DNA of 64,000 nt from an uncultured Clostridia bacterium. GTDB lineage: Bacteria; Bacillota; Clostridia; Oscillospirales; Acutalibacteraceae. Position 1 is the stretch's first letter, and every line of letters begins with the position of its first letter. Below the pieces are notes generated by a model. The model did not search any database. It was not told the origin of the DNA and worked only from the letters and a program-made list of their open reading frames with translations. The translations under genes and the position numbers were made by a program. Of this stretch, positions 37,442-46,858 are shown one piece after another. The stretch is from positions 11,629-75,628 of the forward strand of contig CALWPT010000027.1 of the NCBI GenBank assembly GCA_944383495.1. Reading direction: 5' to 3'.

Positions 37442-39244
37442 CTACCTGCCCCGGGCCGGCTTTCTCGAAGGCATTTTCCGCCTTTTTCTTTTAGGCTCCG
37501 GCCCGGAGGTATACGCTGTGTCAACCCTTGGCCGTTCAAAATTGAGCGCGGCAGTGATAAAGCTGAGAAGCCCCCAGCTAGCCGCCATACTGGACCCGCC
37601 GTTGCTGATAAAGGGCAGAGTAACACCGGTGATGGGAAGCACGTCGGTGGTGCCAAAGATGTTGAGAGAGGCCTGGAATAAAAACAGCGCTGCCGCCGCA
37701 CACGCCGCAATAATATAGTAGGAGGAACGGGTGGTTCGATGGGAGCGGATGGCACCCGACAAAAAAAGAATGTAACAAAGCACTGCCAAAAGCGCAAGGA
37801 GCAGGCCCCATTCCCCGCATAAAACACCAAAGACCAAATCGGTGCTGGCAGCAAAAACAGTTTGATCCTTTAAAAAGCCGTTGCCGCCGCCCAGACCCAA
37901 AAGGCCGCCGCTGGCAATGGACATAAGCGCCCGGGTCTGCTGGAATCCAGCGCCGTCCACATCCAGCCATACCTTGCCCCAGGTGGAAAACCGGCCAATG
38001 ATATATGGCTTGAAGCTAAGAATCAGCAGCCCGCCCATGGCCGCGGTTACAACGGTCAGAACAATGGCCCTCACATCTCCGCTGGTCATAAAAATCAGAA
38101 TAATAAACGTGAAGAAAAAAATCAGCGCCGTACCGAAGTCCCCCATCAGGAACAAAAGGCCGATGCAGCCTACTGAATAAACCGTCAGCATTGTCAGGTT
38201 CTTCGCCGTGAGCAGCCATTCCAGCGTAGCGGCGCCTGTGAAAATAAACAGGATTTTCACAAATTCAGAGGGCTGAATGGTCATAAATCCCAGATTAATC
38301 CAGTTCTTTTGTCCGTTGACCGTTGTGCCGATCACCAGGTTTACAGCCAGAACCAGCAAGGAAAGGCCCGCCGCATAGGGCCGGAGCTGCATAACCCGCT
38401 TAAGGTTTTTCAAAATGACGCACATCACGCAAAAAATGACAAGCCCCAGTGCAACGGCCCCCAGTTGTTTTAACAGCCCGCTGGGCGCGGCGCTGGCAGT
38501 GGTGCAGATTCCCAGCGTCGTTAAGAAAAACGCCCCCGTTTCCGCGGCCATATTGTGAACGCCCAGCTTGCCTGCAATCGCCTTATAAATCCACGGAACA
38601 AGCAGCAGAAAACCAAAGGAAATGAAAATATCCATGTAGTATTTCGGATCTGAAACCAGCCAGAGCTGGACACCGGCCAGAATCTGAAACAAATTAAGCA
38701 TCACCAGCGCAGCGGCAATAGATCCCTGTTTGGGACGGCGACGGGAAAGCCGGGCTTTCATCCGATGTACCCAGCCGTTCTTGCTTTTTTTCCCGGCGTT
38801 TTCCAGCTCCTGCGCACCGATCGGCGGACAGATCACCATTTTCATGCCCGCCAAGGATATCTCATCCCCCATATTAATAAGCGTGTCCTTCTCCAACGGC
38901 CGTCCATTGACAAAGATGCCCCCGCTAGACTTAGTATCTACAATCCGCCAGCGCCCGTCCTCTGTCATAGACAATACCGCATGCTGGCGGGAAACCATCA
39001 TCAGGGGAATCACCACGTCGCAGGATTTAGAACGTCCGATGGTGGTTTCATAATGTGTGATGGGCAGCCGCGTGGCCCCGTCGGCAATATCCAAAACGGC
39101 CAGCACATGCGCGGTTTTGGTACGGCGAAGGATACACCGGCCAATATGAAGCACCGTCACAGCGGCCAAAATGACAAACAAGAACCTTGCAATCAGAAGG
39201 TAATAGGTATTAAGAAAATCCATCAATACATCCATGGGCTTCAC
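37442..39244 (-). CDS. FHA-domain / FtsW-RodA-SpoVE (SEDS) fusion protein
   Basis: TM helix, then an FHA core (TTIGRSKSCDVVIPLMMVSRQHAVLSMTEDGRWRIVDTKSSGGIFVNGRPL), then a ten-helix SEDS domain (..TDLVFGVLCGEWG.., LPFISNGGSSM). The start is GTG 39244 or ATG 39235. Confidence 0.85.
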   Translation of the reverse strand: MKPMDVLMDFLNTYYLLIARFLFVILAAVTVLHIGRCILRRTKTAHVLAVLDIADGATRLPITHYETTIGRSKSCDVVIPLMMVSRQHAVLSMTEDGRWRIVDTKSSGGIFVNGRPLEKDTLINMGDEISLAGMKMVICPPIGAQELENAGKKSKNGWVHRMKARLSRRRPKQGSIAAALVMLNLFQILAGVQLWLVSDPKYYMDIFISFGFLLLVPWIYKAIAGKLGVHNMAAETGAFFLTTLGICTTASAAPSGLLKQLGAVALGLVIFCVMCVILKNLKRVMQLRPYAAGLSLLVLAVNLVIGTTVNGQKNWINLGFMTIQPSEFVKILFIFTGAATLEWLLTAKNLTMLTVYSVGCIGLLFLMGDFGTALIFFFTFIILIFMTSGDVRAIVLTVVTAAMGGLLILSFKPYIIGRFSTWGKVWLDVDGAGFQQTRALMSIASGGLLGLGGGNGFLKDQTVFAASTDLVFGVLCGEWGLLLALLAVLCYILFLSGAIRSHRTTRSSYYIIAACAAAALFLFQASLNIFGTTDVLPITGVTLPFISNGGSSMAASWGLLSFITAALNFERPRVDTAYTSGPEPKRKRRKMPSRKPARGR

Positions 39245-39294
39245 TTCCCCACCTTTTATTTTGGACGTCCTATAGACAAGATAATTTTTATTAT

Positions 39295-39323
39295 ATTGTA
39301 CGGGATTTATGGTAAAAAATCAA
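39295..39323 (-). promoter_or_regulatory. promoter of the FHA-rodA / pbp operon
   Basis: On the minus strand: TTGATT (39323-39318), 17-nt spacer, TACAAT (39300-39295). Confidence 0.5.
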
Positions 39324-39363
39324 GACAAAGCCACCGGCGTTTTCAGGAAACGGCCTTGCGCGT

Positions 39364-39404
39364 CCAAAAAACCGTCCTCTCCCTATACAGCGGAGAGGAC
39401 GGTT
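39364..39404 (-). terminator. terminator after the sanA-like gene
   Basis: 13-bp stem AACCGTCCTCTCC / GGAGAGGACGGTT, followed by TTTTTT on the minus strand. It begins 3 nt after the stop. Confidence 0.8.
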
Positions 39405-39406
39405 GA

Positions 39407-40121
39407 TTAAGGCTTTTGATAAGAAGCCGCCAGCGGCTTGTCATTCGTCAGATTCCCGTTGCCGGAAACCGGGATCGGATCTCCCAAATAGGTAGGATCA
39501 GGCTTCAAAATAGCAGTAAAGAAATCCTTTACCCTCGCTAAAAACTCCCTGGAATTGTCTGCTTTTTCCGTGCCGTATACCCGCTCGCTGGAGGCCGCTC
39601 CATATGCATCCAGCCCCAGGGCCCGCGCCACGTATACCGCGCGGGACAAATGGAATTCCTGGGTGACGATAATAATCCTTTGCGCCTGGAACACATCCCG
39701 TGCACGGTACATGGATTCATAGGTGGAAAAGCCCGCGTGATCCATGAAAACATCCTCAGCGGGAATACCTCGGTTCATGGCCCACAGCTTCATGGTATTG
39801 ACTTCGTCATATTCCACTCTGCCGTGATCTCCGCTCATCAGCAGTTTGGGCGCCGCGCCAGCCTGATACAGACTAATCCCGACGTTCAGACGATCCTGGA
39901 GCCATGCTGCTGGGATGCTCCGCATCGTACACCAAGCATCCCAGAACCAAAATACAATCCGCATCCAGCCCGGCAGTCTCCTCCTTGGTCACAATAAAAT
40001 CCTTAGCAGAGGAGACAACCGCCTGGTTAATCGCAAAAGGAGACAGCGCCAGCAGTGCAACCACCACGCAGACCGGAATGGCCACGCGCTGACGAAGTGC
40101 CCTTTTCCAAAATCCCTTCAT
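39407..40121 (-). pseudogene. sanA: SanA/DUF218 family gene interrupted by a 1-nt frameshift
   Basis: ORF 40121-39873 gives the signal-anchor plus ..DCILVLGCLVYDAEHPSSM, then runs into a stop. ORF 39964-39407 continues in another frame with ..LQDRLNVGISLYQAGAAPKLLMSGDHG...IIIVTQEFHLSRA. Joined at about 39900-39907 they read as one normal SanA protein. Confidence 0.7.
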
Positions 40122-40138
40122 AACGGTCTATCCCCCCT

Positions 40139-41827
40139 TTATTCTATGGATTGATTGGTAATGCTTCGCACCAATGCCGTCCCATCTCCCGACTCGATAT
40201 AGCGGATAGCCACCTCATCGTCAGGCTGCAAAAAGCGAACGCTTGTGCTAAGGGTGATGGGCGCTGAATAGAGCTTATCCCTTTGGCCCTTCAGAATAAA
40301 TTCCACCATATCATTGGACTGGTTATAATGAACACGGGAGACAACACCGGTTACTTCCAGCGTTTCCTCTTCCTCGCCGGGCTTTACCTCACCCGAAATC
40401 AAGGAGATATATTCCGTCTTGGCGCTGCTAAAATCCTCGTTTAGGGCGATGGTGCCGTCCGAAACGCGAATCAGAACATACCATTGCCGCTGATATCCGT
40501 TTTTCAGGGTTAAAAAGTACGTGGGTTCCCCTTCCATATTAATAAGAATGGGATCCGTCGCAGTCAGGTTCTGCGCTTTCACCTTTTGATGGGATTGGGC
40601 AATTTCCTTGGCGCGGTTCTCGGTAATTCCCTGGATGCTGTACATGGACGCTTCCTTGGTTTTTAAATCCACCAGCACAAAGCCCACAGAGGTTTGATCC
40701 GTACCGTTGGCCGAGGTTACGCCGGAATATAGATACGTCCGATCCTCCAAGGAAATAAAATTGTACTCATTGGTCAATTGAAATACATCCCGCTTTTCGC
40801 CGATCTTAGCGTTAAACCAGCCGTTTTGGTAGGTTAATGCGTTGTCAGCCTGGTTATAGGCGATGTTCACCGGAACCACCCGATCGACCCATTCCGGAAC
40901 CTCGTCCATTGTATACCGATGAATTTCCCCCGTGGAAGCATTGACCAAAATGGCCCCCACAGGGTCAGCGCCTCCGGTTAATCCCACCCTGTAGTCATAC
41001 TCTGACGCAACCCAATAGGGATTGCCGTTATCATCCACCTCGAAATTGTAATCGGCGATTAAGGCGGTGGGATAATGCATCCAAATATACCGGTGCAGGT
41101 TTTTGTTGAGAAGGGCCGATTCCATGTAAGGCATACCGCCTTCCACCTCAACCAGCTTGGCCTCCTCGCTGACCACATCCACCATCACATATCCAACGCT
41201 GCCCTCATGATAGCGATTTAAAGCGACAAAAAAGCCGCTGTATTCCAATGGCGCCACCCGTACCAGCCTCTGCACGCCGTTTTCTTTGATGTGAATCAGC
41301 GTAAAGCTGTCGCTCAGGCGGAACTGAGACCCGTAAGTGGACAGCTTGCCCTCCGCCATGCGCTGGGAGATTTCCTTGTCGATAATCGGCAGCGAGCTGG
41401 TGGTGCCGATGGATTCCGGCGTTATTTTTTGGCCAAAGGCCTCCACATCCAGTTTTTCCAGCGGCATTTGCTGGGCATACGAACCAGCCCGCAGAATCAT
41501 GGCGCTGCTGACTGCGGCCGCCAGAAAGTAAACCGCAACAGCCGCCGCCACAATAATGGCCGGCTTAAAAATCCGTTTTCCGCTGCCGGCAAAGTGAACG
41601 CTGTATGGGCTGGTTTGGGAATGATTGTGAGTCACATCCACCACCCTGTCCCGCAAAGCAAAAATGCGGATCGCCAGATAAATGATCACAGCGGTCAGCG
41701 CCGCCCAGAACACAAATCCTAAATTTTTAACGTTTATCTCCGGAATGGAAAAGTACAAGGAGCCGAAGATCCATACAAGTGCCAGAACTATGACAATCAC
41801 GAGCCGTTTCACCGAAAGCTTTTTCAT
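40139..41827 (-). CDS. conserved hypothetical membrane protein with large extracytoplasmic domain
   Basis: 562 aa: three N-terminal helices, then about 450 aa of soluble beta-rich sequence. No family that I can name. Confidence 0.5.
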   Translation of the reverse strand: MKKLSVKRLVIVIVLALVWIFGSLYFSIPEINVKNLGFVFWAALTAVIIYLAIRIFALRDRVVDVTHNHSQTSPYSVHFAGSGKRIFKPAIIVAAAVAVYFLAAAVSSAMILRAGSYAQQMPLEKLDVEAFGQKITPESIGTTSSLPIIDKEISQRMAEGKLSTYGSQFRLSDSFTLIHIKENGVQRLVRVAPLEYSGFFVALNRYHEGSVGYVMVDVVSEEAKLVEVEGGMPYMESALLNKNLHRYIWMHYPTALIADYNFEVDDNGNPYWVASEYDYRVGLTGGADPVGAILVNASTGEIHRYTMDEVPEWVDRVVPVNIAYNQADNALTYQNGWFNAKIGEKRDVFQLTNEYNFISLEDRTYLYSGVTSANGTDQTSVGFVLVDLKTKEASMYSIQGITENRAKEIAQSHQKVKAQNLTATDPILINMEGEPTYFLTLKNGYQRQWYVLIRVSDGTIALNEDFSSAKTEYISLISGEVKPGEEEETLEVTGVVSRVHYNQSNDMVEFILKGQRDKLYSAPITLSTSVRFLQPDDEVAIRYIESGDGTALVRSITNQSIE

Positions 41828-41863
41828 ACAGCTATCCCCTTTGACACGTAAACTAAACCAAAG

Positions 41864-43090
41864 CTATTGCTTCAACAGCGCCTTATGGTATACCTTTTTT
41901 CCCTTTTTGATCACCGCGCCTGCCTCCAGTTGTTCTCTCGACACTATAAACATTGCGTCTGCAATTTTCTCGCCATTCACCGAAGCGCCGCCCTGTTGAA
42001 TGAGCCGGCGCGCCTCGCCTTTTGAAGGCGCAAGCCCGGTCATAACCATTAAATCAACCAAAGCGATTCCATTTTCAGTCAGCGCCGAAGGGTCAATCTC
42101 CGTGGCGGGCATATTCTCGTCATCCGTACCGGCGGTGAAAATTGAACGAGCTGCCTTCAGCGCCTTGTCGGCCTCTTCCTTCCCGTGGATCAGCGAAGTA
42201 ACTTCATATGCCAGTTTCTCCTTAGCGGCGTTGAGGGCCGCACCCTCCAGCTTTTCATACTCCCCGATCTCCTCCAAAGGCAGGAAGGTCAGCATTTTCA
42301 TGCATTTTACCACGTCTGCGTCATCCACGTTGCGCCAGTACTGGAAGAAGTCGTAGGGCGGCGTTTTTTCCGGATCAAGCCAGACAGCCCCTTTTTCGGT
42401 TTTCCCCATTTTTCGGCCGTCGCTGGTTTGCAGCAAAGCGAAGGTCATGCCGTAAACGTCCTGCCCATCCGCACGGCGGACCAGTTCCACGCCGCCGATA
42501 ATATTGCTCCACTGGTCGTCGCCGCCCAGCTCCATGACGCAATTCTGCGTGCGGTGCAGCATTAAAAAATCGTAGCTTTGCATGATCATATAGTTCAGCT
42601 CAAAAAAAGACAAGCCCCGCTCCAGCCTTTGCTTGTAGCATTCCGCCGCCAGCATGCGATTCACCGAAAAATGCACGCCGATTTCCCGCAAAAATTCGAT
42701 ATAGTTCAGGTTCAACAGCCAGTCGGCGTTATTGACCATCAGCGCTTTTCCATCTGAAAAATCAACCAGCTTGGACATCTGCTTCTGAAAGCAGGCGATA
42801 TTGTGGTCGATGGTTTCCCTGGTCATCATTTTCCGCATTTCCGTTTTGCCGGAAGGATCGCCTACCATACCGGTGCCTCCGCCGAATAGGGCGATGGGCG
42901 TATGCCCCGCTTTTTGCATGTGGCTCATAACCATAATCTGCACAAAATGGCCTACATGAAGGCTGTCCGCCGTGGGATCAAAACCAATGTAAAATTTGAT
43001 TGTTCCCTCATTCAGCAGCTCCTTGATTTTTTCTTCATTGGTGGCCTGGGCAATCATGCCCCGCGCTTGCAGCTCGTCAAATACCTTCAT
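41864..43090 (-). CDS. tyrS: tyrosine--tRNA ligase
   Basis: HIGH motif (SLHVGH), KMSKS-like KMGKT, and a C-terminal S4 domain. ATG 43090 ([13 protein letters not shown]) has an AAGGAGAA RBS and lies 16 nt after the recN stop. Confidence 0.9.
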   Translation of the reverse strand: MKVFDELQARGMIAQATNEEKIKELLNEGTIKFYIGFDPTADSLHVGHFVQIMVMSHMQKAGHTPIALFGGGTGMVGDPSGKTEMRKMMTRETIDHNIACFQKQMSKLVDFSDGKALMVNNADWLLNLNYIEFLREIGVHFSVNRMLAAECYKQRLERGLSFFELNYMIMQSYDFLMLHRTQNCVMELGGDDQWSNIIGGVELVRRADGQDVYGMTFALLQTSDGRKMGKTEKGAVWLDPEKTPPYDFFQYWRNVDDADVVKCMKMLTFLPLEEIGEYEKLEGAALNAAKEKLAYEVTSLIHGKEEADKALKAARSIFTAGTDDENMPATEIDPSALTENGIALVDLMVMTGLAPSKGEARRLIQQGGASVNGEKIADAMFIVSREQLEAGAVIKKGKKVYHKALLKQ

Positions 43091-43106
43091 CGATCTTCTC
43101 CTTACA

Positions 43107-44768
43107 CTATATAGTTTGATGTAACATCTCCTCCGCGCTTTGGAGGGTGCTCTCTGTAATAACGGCCCCCATGATTCGGGCCAGCTCGTATTTTCTTCCT
43201 TCATGATCCAAAGGTTCCACGGAAGTAAAGGTTCTCCCGGCTTTCACCTGCTTTTCAATCAGCAGATGACGGTCGGCCAAGGCCGCGATCTGAGCCAGGT
43301 GGGTAACGCAAATTACCTGGGCGGATTTTGCCGTTTGCCTGAGCTTCACGCCCACCTTTTGGGCGGCGGAGCCGCTGATGCCTGTATCAATTTCGTCAAA
43401 AATCATCGTGCCTACAGGGTCATAGGACGCAAGAACGCTTTTGATTGCCAGCATGATGCGGGACAGCTCGCCGCCGGACGCAATTTTCGCCAGCGGCTTG
43501 GGAGGTTCCCCAGGATTAGCTGAAATGAAAAACTCTATTTGGTCAAGGCCTGTCCGCCCCGGCTTTTTTTCCTGAAAATCCACCAAAAACTCCACATGGG
43601 GCATATTGAGGAAGGATAGCTCACGGCAAACCGCTTCGGCAAACCGCTTGGCCGCGCGTTTGCGCTCAGCGGACAGCGCCGCGCCCTCTTTCATCACCCG
43701 ATGATACGCTTCCTCCAGCTGCCTTCCCAGTTCCGCCATCCGCTGTTCAGAAAGCGTGATCCCCTCCAGCTTCTTTTGCGCCTTTTCTAAATACGCCAGC
43801 ATATCCTCTTCCGTTTCACCATATTTCTGGGATAATCGGTATAAAAGATCCAGCCGTTCCTCAATTTGCTCCAGTTCCGCGGGATTGCATTCCGCTTCCT
43901 CCCCCGCTCTGTTGATTTCCGAAGCCAAGTCCGCTAATTCATAAGACAGTTCCGCCAGCTTTCCGGCGTGGTCGGACAGCGGCTCCAAATACCGTCCGCC
44001 TTCCCGGATATATTCCGCGGCCTCCTGCACAAGGGATACCGCGCCGGGAAGCTCGTCCGCCCCTTGCAGGCATTGGTATGCGCCCTGTACGGCCACAGCA
44101 ATCTTTTCACTGTTTCGCAGCGCTGTTCGCCGGGCGGTAAGCTCTTCCCGTTCTCCCGGCCGCAGCTGCGCCTGCTCCAGTTCTTTCACCTGAAAGGACA
44201 AAAGCTCCGCCTGCCGCGTTTTTTCCCCTTCGTCCAGATCCAAGGCCTTGTATGCCTTGGCCGCCGCCCGCATTTTATCATAAGCGGCGGCATACGCCTG
44301 AAAAACAGAAGGGGGCAGTTGGCGGTCAATATATAAATAATGGCACTCCGGCTGCAAAAGCCCTTGGTTATCGTGCTGGCCGTGAATATTCACAAGCGTC
44401 CCCGCAAGCTCCTTGAGCATGGAGGCGGTAGCCGCCTGGCCGTTGATCCGCGCCGTGCTTTTCCCATCCGACGACAAAGTCCGCTGAATCACAAGAGCGT
44501 CTTCCGGCTCATAAGCAAGGCCCATTTCCTCCAGCGTTTTTGAAAGAGAAGCCGGGAGCTCAGTAAACTCCGCCGTAACCCTTCCCTGCCGGCAGCCGGT
44601 GCGGATCAGTTCCCGGGAGGTTCGTTCTCCCAAAACCGCATGGATGGCGTCAATTAATATGGATTTACCGGCGCCTGTTTCCCCGGTCAAAACATTAAAG
44701 CCGGGACCAAATTCGATTTCCGCCCGTTCGATCACGGCAATATTTTCAATCTGCAATGTCGAAAGCAA
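43107..44768 (-). CDS. recN: DNA repair protein RecN
   Basis: SMC-like: N-terminal Walker A GETGAGKS, long coiled-coil, and C-terminal signature [11 protein letters not shown] with Walker [10 protein letters not shown]. Confidence 0.9.
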   Translation of the reverse strand: MLSTLQIENIAVIERAEIEFGPGFNVLTGETGAGKSILIDAIHAVLGERTSRELIRTGCRQGRVTAEFTELPASLSKTLEEMGLAYEPEDALVIQRTLSSDGKSTARINGQAATASMLKELAGTLVNIHGQHDNQGLLQPECHYLYIDRQLPPSVFQAYAAAYDKMRAAAKAYKALDLDEGEKTRQAELLSFQVKELEQAQLRPGEREELTARRTALRNSEKIAVAVQGAYQCLQGADELPGAVSLVQEAAEYIREGGRYLEPLSDHAGKLAELSYELADLASEINRAGEEAECNPAELEQIEERLDLLYRLSQKYGETEEDMLAYLEKAQKKLEGITLSEQRMAELGRQLEEAYHRVMKEGAALSAERKRAAKRFAEAVCRELSFLNMPHVEFLVDFQEKKPGRTGLDQIEFFISANPGEPPKPLAKIASGGELSRIMLAIKSVLASYDPVGTMIFDEIDTGISGSAAQKVGVKLRQTAKSAQVICVTHLAQIAALADRHLLIEKQVKAGRTFTSVEPLDHEGRKYELARIMGAVITESTLQSAEEMLHQTI

Positions 44769-44780
44769 AGCGGCACCTCC

Positions 44781-45233
44781 TCACTCCCGGATAAATGAAC
44801 GAAGCTGACGAACAATTTCCGCCGCCGCCGTCTCGCTGCGGGTAATGGCAAAAATGGTATCGTCTCCCGCCAGCGTACCTACAACGCCGGGAAGTTCCAT
44901 GCTGTCCAGCGCGGCGCACGCAGCCTGCGCCATGCCCGCATAGCACTTGATTACAATATCGTTCATAGCAGAATCGACACGAACCATCGCATTTTCCAAA
45001 ATGGCGATAAACTTTGGCGAGGGCGGCATATCCGGCTGTTTCGCAGCCGCATACCGGTAGACGCCATTGGGATCCTGCGCTTTCACCAATCGCAGCTCTT
45101 TTATATCCCGAGATACCGTGGCTTGGGTTAAGTCGTACCCTTCCTGCTTTAAACGGCGCAGAAGCTCCTCCTGGGTTGAGATCGCGTTGTTCGCAATCAA
45201 GGACAATATGACCTCATGCCGTTTTTTCTTCAT
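44781..45233 (-). CDS. argR: arginine repressor
   Basis: N-terminal winged helix ..QEELLRRLKQEGYDLTQATVSRDIKEL.. C-terminal GTLAGDDTIF oligomerisation/arginine site. Confidence 0.9.
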   Translation of the reverse strand: MKKKRHEVILSLIANNAISTQEELLRRLKQEGYDLTQATVSRDIKELRLVKAQDPNGVYRYAAAKQPDMPPSPKFIAILENAMVRVDSAMNDIVIKCYAGMAQAACAALDSMELPGVVGTLAGDDTIFAITRSETAAAEIVRQLRSFIRE

Positions 45234-45245
45234 GCTTATTTCCTC

Positions 45246-46040
45246 CTACCGTTCTACCAGCTTCTGATTCAGTACCTGCAAAAAGGAATCCGCTTTAATT
45301 TTTATCAGCTGGGCCCGCAGGCCAGGGGCCTTTGAAATCTGCACCTTTATATCCGGCGACAGTTCCACGGCCTCTTCCCCGTCAATTGTCAGAAAGGCTT
45401 TGCTTCCCTGTCGGGCCGCCGCCGAAACCTCCAACCGAGTGTCCCCCGCTAAAACAATGGATCTTGCAAACAGGGAATGGGGGCAAATGGGCGTGATCAG
45501 AATATTATCGGTGGACGGATCCAGCACCGGACCGCCTGCGGACAGGGTATACGCGGTGGAGCCCGTCGGCGTGGCGGCGATCAGGCCATCCGCCCTGTAT
45601 TGCAGTTCATCGGCCTCGTTCACTTTCACGGTAATGTCGATCATACGGGATAAAGCGCCCTTTGAAAGCACCGCGTCGTTCATTGCATAATAGTCTGTCC
45701 GGCTTTCCCCACAACAAGCTGTCACCCGCAGCAGCATACGTTCTTCCACCGAATAAGCGCCCGTTTTCAGGCGGGAAAGCGCAGAAAGCTCGCCGATCTC
45801 CAACCCGGTCATGTATCCCAAACGACCGGTATTGACGCCCAAAACGCCAACGCCCAAAAAGGCCGCTTGCTTGGCTGCATGAATCAATGTTCCGTCTCCG
45901 CCAATGGCGATGATGACGTCACAGGGGGCGGTTGGAAAAGGTGCGCTGTCAATTCCCAGCCGCCTTAGAGCAGCGGTCAGTTGGTTCGCATACCCGCTGC
46001 AATCCTGCTCCCGGTTGCAGATAATTGCCGCCTTCATCAT
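45246..46040 (-). CDS. nadK: NAD+ kinase
   Basis: GGDGTLIHAA motif and NDAV..; ATG 46040 overlaps the tlyA stop. Confidence 0.9.
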   Translation of the reverse strand: MMKAAIICNREQDCSGYANQLTAALRRLGIDSAPFPTAPCDVIIAIGGDGTLIHAAKQAAFLGVGVLGVNTGRLGYMTGLEIGELSALSRLKTGAYSVEERMLLRVTACCGESRTDYYAMNDAVLSKGALSRMIDITVKVNEADELQYRADGLIAATPTGSTAYTLSAGGPVLDPSTDNILITPICPHSLFARSIVLAGDTRLEVSAAARQGSKAFLTIDGEEAVELSPDIKVQISKAPGLRAQLIKIKADSFLQVLNQKLVER

Positions 46041-46858
46041 ACGTTTCCTCCCCTGTCCAGTTCTTCGTGAGACCAAGCCACGATTTGTTCTGCCGCCGTT
46101 TTCAGCCGCATTGCGGGCCGTATGGAGCTTTGCAGGTACAGCAAGTATTCAATATTACCCTGAGGGCCTTTAATTGGCGAATACGTAAGGCCCAAAACAG
46201 CATAACCCGCTTGCAGGGCGAATTGCGTCATTTCCTCCACCACCCGGCGGTGAACCTCCCGGCTTCGTACCACGCCGTTTTTCCCCACTTGCTCCCTTCC
46301 CGCTTCAAACTGGGGCTTGATCAGACAGACCGCCCGCCCATCCGGTTTCAAAAAACGCGCAAGAACCGGCAGGATCAGCCGCAGGGAGATAAAGGACACG
46401 TCTACACTGGCAAAATCCAGCGGCAGCGGAATCTGCGCTTTCGCAGCATGCCGGAAATTCAACCCCTCCAGGTTAACCACCCTGGGATCGTCCCGCAGCG
46501 TTGGATCCAACTGCCCATGGCCGACGTCCACAGCGTAAACCAATGCAGCGCCGTTTTGCAGCATACAATCGGTAAAACCGCCGGACGAAGCGCCAATATC
46601 CGCGCAGATCATTCCTGAAAAATCAAGGGAAAAAGCCTTTACCGCCTTTTCCAGCTTCCAGCCGCCGCGGCTAACATATGGCAGCGCTTCCCCCCGTGCT
46701 TCCACCCTTTGTTCCTGTTGGATTTTCACTCCCGGCTTTGTGATTTCTTTTCCGTCAACCGTTACCCTTCCGGATGCAATCATGATTTTGGCCTTTTCCC
46801 GAGAGGTAGCCAATCCGCGCTCCACGACCGCTTGGTCAAGGCGAATTCCCTCAGCCAT
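46037..46858 (-). CDS. tlyA: TlyA family rRNA (cytidine-2'-O)-methyltransferase
   Basis: N-terminal S4 domain (RLDQAVVERGLATSREKAK). SAM motif DIGASSGGFTD. Confidence 0.85.
   Translation of the reverse strand: MAEGIRLDQAVVERGLATSREKAKIMIASGRVTVDGKEITKPGVKIQQEQRVEARGEALPYVSRGGWKLEKAVKAFSLDFSGMICADIGASSGGFTDCMLQNGAALVYAVDVGHGQLDPTLRDDPRVVNLEGLNFRHAAKAQIPLPLDFASVDVSFISLRLILPVLARFLKPDGRAVCLIKPQFEAGREQVGKNGVVRSREVHRRVVEEMTQFALQAGYAVLGLTYSPIKGPQGNIEYLLYLQSSIRPAMRLKTAAEQIVAWSHEELDRGGNV

Noticed and set aside
43091-43204. 38-aa N-terminal extension of the tyrS ORF, and a T-box leader expected upstream of tyrS
   Set aside because: The extension overlaps the 3' end of recN in another frame and is Arg-rich. 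The canonical TyrRS N-terminus starts at 43090 with a strong RBS. No T-box elements were found; see the tyrS finding.
46025-46618. 197-aa plus-strand ORF antisense to tlyA; other antisense ORFs at 15784-16305, 17002-17463 and 50835-51281
   Set aside because: These are mirror-frame artefacts opposite genes with clear catalytic motifs.
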